The translations under genes and the position numbers were made by a program. Of a stretch of DNA of 64,000 nt, positions 54,355 to 64,000 are shown one piece after another (within the stretch, counting starts at the first letter, position 1; each line of letters begins with the position of its first letter). The notes beneath the pieces were generated by a model. That model was not told the DNA's origin, did not search any database, and saw only the letters and a program-made list of their open reading frames with translations. The stretch comes from Psilocybe cubensis (lineage: Eukaryota): positions 2,728,001-2,792,000 of the forward strand of contig CM039004.1 in NCBI GenBank assembly GCA_017499595.2, in the 5' to 3' direction.

Positions 54355-56319
54355 TGCAGCGAACAAACCTTGCCATCCTTTCCAACCTGCCCTGGATCCA
54401 TCTCCGGCTCATCCGCGCCTTCCCACCGCGCCACCACCTGAGAGCTAATCTTCACTGGCTCCGGTACAATAATGACACCCTTTTTGTTCGCCTGAGGTAG
54501 TACGAGACCCGGAGAGGTCAGGTTGACTGTAATATTGCTGTCCTCTGATACAGGCACCTGCTCGCGTACTTTCAGGTAGCTGATGGGCGTCGCTTTGGTG
54601 TTACTGATGCTGATGCGTTGAGAAAAAAGGTACGTAGAGTTTCGGCGCGTAAAGCTGGGTTGAGTGACTTTCTTGCTACGAGGGTGATAGGTGATGCGAA
54701 CTGCAGGGTCGATGCTGTTTTGTTATGTAAAACAGATATTAGAAAACGGGTGGTAGCTTTATGGGGACACGACTTACCCAAGAGGACAATCAAAACTTTC
54801 CTGTGGGCTAACAGTCGGGATATCAGAGCGCGAGATGAAACTTCCATTGACGTAGATGCTTGCTATGCCGCGTAAAAGGGTATATTCAGAGTCATTCTTT
54901 ATTTTTGCCTATAAACCAAAGAGATAGATGAGAAATTATCAGAAAAAGGTAGACATGTAGGACATACAGTTAAATGAGCCTTTGGCGATTTTTTTGGGAC
55001 CGTAACCCAGGACATGGCTGCGTCCAAATACACTTCCATTATAGTCACGGTATGAGAAGCGCCGTCACTCGGAATCGTCATTAATCCAGGGACCGAGAAC
55101 GTTGCATTGATGTCCCCTTTCGATGTGACTGTCAAGCCTCGGGCCTTGATGTTGGGCGGTCGCGAACTATGCAGTCTTCCTCCTCCTCTAGGTGGACCTC
55201 CATCAGATTCAGAATCGGAACTAGCTGCAGATTCTTTTCTCATTGAGTGGCCGCCGAACGTGTTAAGGCTGGAGGCAGCAGCACTTTTTCTCAGGTACTT
55301 TCCGTACATGGGCTTATACATAGAAAGCGTCCATGGCTGCAATTCCGGGATATTGAGTCCTGTTGTGGGCGTCACTGTCTCCAAAGTCAATGGAATATCA
55401 TTCCAGGACTAGATCTGGGAATTAGCTTTGGTAGGTTCTGAGCAGCGAGATAATTTCAATCACCTCTCCTGTATTTTGTGAGATGGCTGCTTTGTATATA
55501 AGCTTTACCGCCTTTTCCTTGGTGTCCATTTTCACGTAGATAGCGTAAGTAGGGTCCCAGGTAGCGCTGGAAACAGCTGTCCCAAAGAGTTTAGACTACT
55601 AGTGACCAAGACTTGATGAATGAGATAAAGCTGACCGTATTTCAAAACAATCTCAACGTCGCATTCTTTGTCTGCGACGAGAGTTATGTAGACACGTTTG
55701 CGCAGCTTATTATCCACTTTGACCTCGCCCAATGCTACTTGCTCTTGCTCAATGTCTCTAGTAACCTCTGTAATTTGCTCTTCCAAATCAAGCTGCTTGA
55801 GATCCCATTCCTCTGCAGCCGCGTCAATTCCTCGCTGCAAATTGGCCAACTCATCTGCCTTGACATGTCGCACGGCAATACTGTTCTGGAAAGACTGAAC
55901 TGCCGCGATCGCTTTATGGCACCGCATCAACGCTTTCTCCAGCCGAATCTTCTGCTTTATCAAGTCTTCAAGACGATCAGAAGTTGTCATAGGACCCGAA
56001 GAAGGAATATCGGAGAGTGAAACTTCATAAATTGTACATTGACCGCGACCTTCAACTCTGTAGCACATCCACTGAATTAAGTACCAGTTACCCTTATAAA
56101 AGAAAATAAAGCGTACCGAAGAGAATCTGGGACCAGCACATCAGGAAGACCGGACACAATGACCTTATTGTCGCCTTTCTTGAGCTTTGGTTCAAAAACA
56201 CGCGTCACCTCCGCCAGGCCAGTATACAAGCTAACGTTCGCGATCTTGCTATCCGTCTGACACGACAGGCATACCTCACTGACTGCTCGGCTTGCATTTG
56301 CGATTGCGTTTGGAGGCAT
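54087..56319 (-). CDS. DUF4140/DUF4139 gene copy 4 (replaced C-terminus)
   Basis: Translation identical to copy 2; a few silent SNPs near 55941-55985. Confidence 0.75.
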
Positions 56320-59300
56320 CCTTCACTTTGAGTAGTAGGGTGAAGGAAGAGACAGCTTGTGTCGTATTGAGTCATTGGTTCTGTTATAATTACGTTTGGA
56401 AGTCAGGGCTAGATCAGGGGCTCCAAGGTGTCAAACGCCAGCACAGCCCCTGACAGTATATCCAAGAACAGGTTGCTCGTCAGGTTAATGGCGACTTTTA
56501 TGATTAAAGATATTCAAAGTCAGCTATGGTTGGAAGCAGGTGAAGTATGCCGTCAGTCAGCAAATACAGGCCCATAGTAAGCTGGCAGACAACAAAATGC
56601 CATTTTTTGTTTCCCACGCTTCCTGCCCGCGTATTTCCCTAATGCGCTGAATACCCCGTGCCGCATTCTTATCGTGTACTTGATTCTGCTTTGGTCAGGG
56701 TCCTCTGATTCAATTTCCTAGTGGAATTCATCAACTGCCCAAGCTAATTTTAATTCCACTCTGTAAATGCGAAATCGCAAGTCACTGTATTCATCCTTTC
56801 TTTGCTGCTTTCTTCTCTTTGCAGAGAGTTGGTCGCATACCCCCCACACAGCTCTAGTTGCCCCGCCGCTGTGGCCTTCCCACCACCTCGTTCTCGTCGA
56901 CGACCGTCCAACATTTCCACAGCCCACGCACAATGCAGCAACCAGCGCCCCGTTCCACTGGGCTACAACGCATCTGACAGCATGGGTCAGTCAATGCATA
57001 CCTCATTTATTTGTTGCTTACCTTTTTTTTCAGTGGTGTTGGCGGCCTAGGACGCAAACACGGCTCGATCCTCAACACTGCGGCGCTGTGTAAACCGTCA
57101 GAGGGCCTCACGCGCCGGCGGATGTCACGATTGGGCTGTACAAGGGGGCGGGCTCGTGTAAGTCAATGAATTCCGTATTTATTTGTTGCTTACCTTTCTT
57201 TTCAGGGCATTCGGTGGACTAGGATGCACACGGCTCGATTCTCAATACGGCGGTATTGTATAAACCGTCAGAGGCAGAGGCGTCAGAGAGCCTCACGCGC
57301 CGGCGGATGTTATGATTGGGCTCTAGAAGGGGGTGGGTACAGGTAAGTCAATGAATTGCTTATTTCTTCATTGCTTACCTTTGTTTTCAGCAGAGTTGGT
57401 GGCCTAGGATGCGTACACGGCTCAATCCTCGACATGGCGGCACCATGCAAACCGTCAGACAGACGCACTGGAACTTGCATTTCTGATAGTTGGGTTGCGA
57501 AAGGGGTGTTGGGTCCCGCCGCTACAAGACGTTACGGCCGGGCTGTAGAAGTGGCGGGCTTGGGTAAGTCAATGAAACCTAATTCCTTTATTACTTACCT
57601 TTCTTTTCAAGACATTCAGTGGTCTAGGACGCACACGGCGATGGGGTGGGTACAGGTAAGTCAATGCATTGCTTATTTCTTCGTTGCTTACCTTTCTTTT
57701 CAGGAGAGTTGGTGGCCTACTAGCATGCGTATACGGCTGTAGACCGTCAGACACGTCAGAGATGGCGGGGTGTTGGACCTGTGGAAGGGGCGGGCACAGG
57801 TAAGTCGATGAATTCCTCGTATTTGTTGCGTACCTTCATTCGCTGGGATGCCCAGGACACACGGCGACGAGACGTGGCTCAACTCTGGTGCGGCGGCAGC
57901 GCTGTGTAGATGTGTGTAGCCCGTCAGACACGTTGGAGACCTGTGCAATAGGACATACCTTTACCGGTGGCACGCAGCAGAGGGGTGTATGTGAGTACCA
58001 TGCCACACCATTTCAATATTGATTGCTCACCTCTAACCACTACAAAGACATGCGTAACCGGCTCGATTATCGACACGGCGGCACCATGTAAACTGTCAGA
58101 GGCAGAGGCAGAGGCTTCAGAAAGCCTCACGCTGTGGTGGATGTTACGATGAGGCTGTAGATAGGGGCGGGCATGGGTAAGTCAATGAATTGACTGTTTC
58201 TTTGTTGCTTACCTTTCTTTTGAGTGGTGTTGGTGGCCTAGGATGCAAACATGGCTTGATTTTCGACACGGCGGCGCTGTGTAGACCGTCAGACACGTCA
58301 GAGGCAGACGTAAGGGAACATACATTGACCAATGGCGGGGTGTTGGACCTGTAGAAAGTGGCGGGCACAGGTAAGTCGACAAATTCCTCATTTCATTATT
58401 ACTTACCTTCATTCGCTGGGGTGTTGGTGGACTAGAACACACGGCGACAAGGCATCAACAAGATGCCACCAACGTGGCTTGACTCTGGTGCGGCGGCGGA
58501 ACTGTGTAGACGCGTGTAGCCTGTCAGACGCGTCGGAAACTTGTGGAACGGGACGTACCTTTACGTGTGGCGGGCTGTAGAAGGGTGTATGTGAGTACCA
58601 TGCCAAACCATTTCACGGTTACTCACCTCTCGATGGCCCTCTCGATGGCCTGGCAAGAAATGGCGACGAGCGCCGGTGGTCAGCCAAATTCACAGTTTCA
58701 AGACCATCACTCACCTATGACAAGCTGCTGAGATGCGTCGCAGGAGGAGGCGGAGAGGAGAGGAAAGAACTCCTGAGATGAGCAGAGGAGGACGAGTGGG
58801 ATGAGAAAAAGTGAGTACATTCACGTCCTCTTTTATAGTTTGCAAAGCACGCTGCTGTACGTACACCGGTACGCTATGCAATTTCGGGTTCTACCGTTGG
58901 TTTGCAGGGTCCAATTTTGGGATCAGCAAACAACTTGAACGCAAAGCGGGTGCTAGCCGAGTGTATCTACCGTAGGATACACTCCTGTCTGTCTGTAGAA
59001 TTGGAATAGATGTGTTTTCATGTTTTCGTGGACTGCGTGTTTGTCTATTTCAAGTTGATCTGAATGTTTGTTTCGAGCTTAATTCGAGCACTTCAACTTT
59101 CTCCTACTTTCTTGATGCCCGTCAGGTCTGCGCTGGATAATACACCTCACATTTCAACCTTGGGACTCCAATCCCTTTGCGTTAGACCAGTACGTATAGT
59201 AAAAATTTCACCGGAAACATGCTAATTCATGCAATTACAGATATCTGGAATAAATCCTCAACGTTACCCCTCGAGCTCTAGCTTCCAGCCTTGAATTCAG

Positions 59301-62300
59301 AACGCCGCTCGATCTTACGTTGGTGATATATTACCTACCCGAATACCAGGACCCCTAACGACCCAAATTTCCAGACGTTTTGAAATAGCGTTATTTCGGA
59401 AGATTGGGACGAGGAGAGGGATATGGGTGGCGTGCACATTTGCTGAGTTGTCTTGCAAAATTTCAAACGTTGGTGCCGTTTACTGAGTATTGCAAAGGTA
59501 CCAGGGTGCTCTCTAGCTCACTTGGATGTTGCAATTGTACGTGGTTTTTTGTGCTCTAGTGTTGTTTTGCTAAAATCAATATCTGGCGTTCTCGGGAGAT
59601 GGATAAAAAATTTTGTGTTCAAACTTCGAAATTATGAGAATGGGTACGTGAACTGGACTAGTACCTATTGATAGATTCAGGGATGATATGAATCCAGTTT
59701 AATTTTTGAGAGAAGAACGGCGGATTTGGGATGGAGGTGAAGATGTTCCGGAGGTGCATAGGGATGGTTCTGCAATGAAATTTGAAGTTGATCTGGGATA
59801 GGTCAATTCTTCACTTACACAGGGGTATTATACTGACCTCGATAGTCCAGATAAACGGTTCAATGAATGGAACCAATGTAAAGTTGCGTACATTTGCAGT
59901 GAATGTATTCTCTGACCATCGCGGATCCACAGCTTCACCAACGTTCACTCGCACCTACCAGTCATCACCCACATACCCAGACATCCCCTATTATCCCAGA
60001 ACCACATACAAAACCGCATTATTCGCGCGTACAAAGTGTACAGCGTACATGTATTGCCAGCGCACAAACAAGGTTCGTCGAGTTCACCGCGTCTTCCTCT
60101 CATTTCGCTCTGACAGATAGTTCGATCGGGTATGCAAGAGGTGTCGTAATCACTCTGAAACGCGACGGGGGCGAAAAGAAAGCGAGTTGAAAGGCTGGAA
60201 AATGGGTAAATGGGGAGGAGGAGTACATGTCCTCTCGGCATTGTACGCATTCTATTCGACATTCGAGCGGTCTGGGGCGGTGGGTTAGTGTTCAGGGTGA
60301 CTGGGTATGCAGGTGCGTATGTCGTCCGAAACGATTTCTGGTGTATTTGCGTCGCTTTTGTAGGTATGTGCTTTTGATTCAATTTGGTTTCCAGATTTTA
60401 TTTGAAGATTTCATGAACATCGGGAGGGTTTATCGAGGTACAGTGACTCTTTCCTGTGCAATATAATGGAGTACAAAAGTTATAAAGTGCTACAAAGTGC
60501 TTAAACTAGCTAACCACGTTGTAGGTAGATTTGGATCTGATGAGCTGTATCGTTAAAACTTGATATTTTCAATGAAAACTGACTACTTTCCTGTATTCTG
60601 GAGTGTATATCAATAGGGGCTATGACTCTGCATGATGTGCATAGGTCTACCTAACGAGAAACAAGCGGAAAACCCTCCATTTCCTCCCACAACCGTTAAT
60701 TGCAATCCAGGCATTGGACTAAAAGCCGAGCGGGCACTAGCTTCAAAGAAGTTTGGTAACGTAAGTGATATATTTGCTTTCCATACAGTGAAGCATTGGA
60801 AACTGATTGAATAGAAAACATGGCGAAATTGAACCGGGAAAGGAGGTGAGCATACTTTATTTGTAAATTTTTTGATTCTCCTTCCAAATTTTCTTCTGTC
60901 AGAGATGAGAAACTATTGCATAAAGGCTGGGGAGAGTGTTAGGCTACAGATACATACGAGTTCTTTGAGTGTAAACATGTTTAAACGCGAATACACTTGT
61001 GTGTTTGCTTGCAAGATTGAAATGCTGTAATATAATCTGGTATTCTGAACTCCAATTGCGTACATTTTGATTAGTATTTACACTAGATTAGTCCTGTATA
61101 GCGCGCGCTTGAGCTATCAAGCCAATGCATAGGTAAAACGGATCTGAACAAGGTATGTTTAAGGCTGCAATAGTGAGTACATAGCGCTACATGGATGCCG
61201 GACATAAGTTCCCGGGCAGGAACACACCTCTACGTCATTCTTCCGAGTCCAAACTTGAAGAGGAATGGCACAGTTTACGGATGGGATGTTTTGAAGTAAT
61301 CCGGAGGAAAACAGAATCAGCGACTAACTTCTGGGAGAGTCTTGTCGTACTAAACGGCTTGAACATGAATATTATGACATACCTTTGCTGTGAAGGTGAG
61401 TTGTTACGGATCTGGAAGCAATTTGGCGTTTGAAAACCTGATTTTAGGAGATACGTGGCACGGAATTGAACTTGAATTTGAGTTGATTTTAGCGAGATTT
61501 GTATTTTAATGGATTATGTGTTTACTGTACCTTTTACAGTAGAACCACACGACACTTCTATGTCATCCGTCTGAATCCAAACTTGAACAGGAATGGCACG
61601 GTTACGGATGGGATGTGTTGAATTAATCTGGAGGAAAACCGAGTCAGTGACTAACTTCCGGGAGAGTCTAGTTGTAGTAACCGACTTGAATAGGTGTATT
61701 ATGATGTATCTTTGCTGTGAAGGTGAGTTTCTCCGGATCTGGAAGCGATTTAACCTTGGAAATTCTCAATTTAGGAGATACGTGGCACGGAATTCAACTG
61801 GAATTTAGCGGGATTTGTGTTTAAATTGGTTTTGTATTGACTGTCCCTTTTGAAGTGGAGCCACACGCGACAAGGGATGGTCGCTATAAATGCCGAGAAA
61901 TGAATGGGCGCCTAATCAAACCACTCGGTTAGTGCAGTCGGCTACAGTCTAATGTCATCATTTGTTGCAGAATGTTGCAGCGGAATCTGGGGATCAACGG
62001 ACATAGGTGAGCGGTCAGGGAACAGAACCACGCTTGAAAATATACGCAATGGTCCGAAATGTGCGATTCCGGGCGACTTTGGTGTATTGCGTCACTGAAG
62101 CGACGGAGAAACGTCTCGAGGCCTGATTTTGTTCCGAGCTTTGTCATTCAAGAGCCTAATTCTGACCCTGAGAACCGTGCGATTGGTTTGTGGGCACCGA
62201 CGAGCTGGATTTGAGATCAAGATCTCCAGGTAGGTGCATGGTTACTCACTAATTAACTGATACGCGCTAGCAGCAGGGATGTTTCGTCATTGATTTTGCG

Positions 62301-64000
62301 TGTTATTTTGGATTTTGAAGCCCCTGTTCGACTTGTAGTACGATTTTCTTGATTTGAATTTGAAGTCTCCAAACCGTGTAGTGTATGTGAGTGTGGTGAA
62401 TTCGAATGTAATTTGAGTGGGGTTGGATTTTTGAACCTGTAACAAGCAAGTAACGAGGTTCAAAAATATACGAATTATTCAAAGATTTTCACGCACCAGC
62501 AAATTTGTATTCAATGTTCAATCGACGCTACGAAGGCGTGTCTATAAAATTAAGGTGAAAAGAACTGGAACGGGAGGATTTCCGAGTAGGTGCATGGTTA
62601 CTTACTAAGTTAACCGATACGCGCTAGCAGCAGGATGTTTGGTCATTGGTTTTTCGCGTTATTTTAGATTTTGAAGCCCCTGTCGAGTTGTAATGAATGT
62701 AGAATTTGAAGATTCAGAACCGTGTATTCTGCCTTGGTGCGGTAGATTTTGATGTAATTTGAGTGCGAGGGGAAGGATTTTGAAAAGGTTCAAAATATAC
62801 AAATTATTCAAGGATTTTCACGCAGCAGCAAAGTTATATTCAATTACGAATTTGTGTCCATGAAAACAAAGTAAAAAAAGGTTGGGACGGGAGTGTACGT
62901 ATACGTTGATAGGAGGAAATTGGATTAGAGCTACTAGAAGACTTTTGGCTTGTTTGTGTCAGGGATAGCGGAGCTTTAATACGTGACATATAAGTTGACT
63001 TGCCTTTTTTTTCTGCTAGGGATTGTATCCCGTCTTTATGCCAGTCCGCGGTGTTATGCCCTCCCCCTCCTAAATTCGATTTTTGGGCTTCCGCCGAGCT
63101 AGGTGTTCTGCAAGCCTCACCCGGGATCTTTACGACTCCTTTACTGAGTGCTGGTACGTGGAATTACCCCTAAACTGACTAAAATGTGCTCATTGCTGTA
63201 TGCGTTGGCGCTTAGCATTCGAAATTTGAAATTTGGAGTTCCCGCGACCCGTGTATTCTTGCCACCGTTGACTGGGGATGCCAGCGTCTAGTCTTGTTCC
63301 CGCGACTTTTCGCCATCGACACGTGAGTATTTGTGTCAAGACACATGAGAGGTATGTGTATTTATCGTGCATTGTGTTGTATTTGCTCACAGTTTGGCAG
63401 GATTCGAAATTCGAAATTTGGAGTTCCCGCGACCCGTGGTTTCTTCCTGCCGTTGAGTTGCAGTGCCAGCGTCCAGTCTTGATACTCAGAATTCCCGCAA
63501 CCCGTGGTTTCTTGCCGCCGTTGAGTCGGAGTGCCAGCAACCAGTCTTGATATTCAGAGTTCCCGCAATTTGTGAGTTTTTCCCGCCATCGACTTGGAGT
63601 GCCTGCAACGGGTGAGTATTTGTGTCCAGACGAATGAGAGGTGTGACTTGTTGTTCCCGGTGCTGGTATGTGCTCTGCCTTGAGATTTGGTGTTTGGAGT
63701 TCCGGCGGCGCGTGAGTCTGCTCTATAGGTACGTGTTGCTGCCCCTGTGTTGTACAGTCTTGCGCTGACCGTATGGTCGGGGTCCTAAGATTTGAAATAA
63801 AGTTCCCGCAGCCACTTAGCCTCTCGCCATCTGGCTCATCTATCAAGACCCGACTGGATTACCGTATTACGAGTCGCTGTTTTATCAAGACACGGTGATG
63901 GAACTTCAATCGTGTGTCTCGACTTGATAGGTACGTGTCACTTCCCCTTGCTCTGACTGTATGGTTGGGGTTTTGAAGTTCCCGCGGGCACCTAGCCCCT
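54355..64000. repeat. Tandem repeat unit 4 (truncated by the window edge)
   Basis: ORFs recur at +29806 relative to unit 1, and the sequence continues in register to the window end. Confidence 0.95.
56963..58714. repeat. Palindromic intron-like array (unit 4 copy)
   Basis: Copy of 27157-28908 at +29806. Confidence 0.85.

Noticed and set aside
24540-64000. rDNA array (similar unit size)
   Set aside because: No 18S, 5.8S, 28S or 5S conserved sequence was recognised, and the unit contains a protein-coding gene.

Overview
Eukaryotic, intron-rich DNA (short ~50-65 nt GT-AG introns with CTRAC/CTYAC branch sites), consistent with an agaricomycete (basidiomycete) fungus. The first ~26.5 kb holds ordinary genes: a WDR5/Swd3-like WD40 gene, a TEA/ATTS-domain transcription factor, a small TMEM170-like membrane protein, two tandem secreted CBM67-like lectins, the DNA polymerase alpha catalytic subunit, a MYND-finger/DUF4470-like gene and a DUF4140/DUF4139 gene. 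From ~24.54 kb to the window end is a head-to-tail tandem array of a ~9.93 kb unit (three complete units plus a nearly complete fourth). Each unit carries the DUF4139 gene (with a replaced C-terminus in copies 2-4) and a ~7.8 kb block with no recognisable ORF but many nested repeats. The most unusual element in that block is an array of ten ~36-nt palindromic cores (GTRAG...CTYAC) that read as spliceosomal introns on both strands, lying downstream of a minus-strand TATA box and an ATG-less leader. Unit 3 contains a ~4.2 kb diverged patch. Family assignments come from motif recognition by eye; no searches were run.
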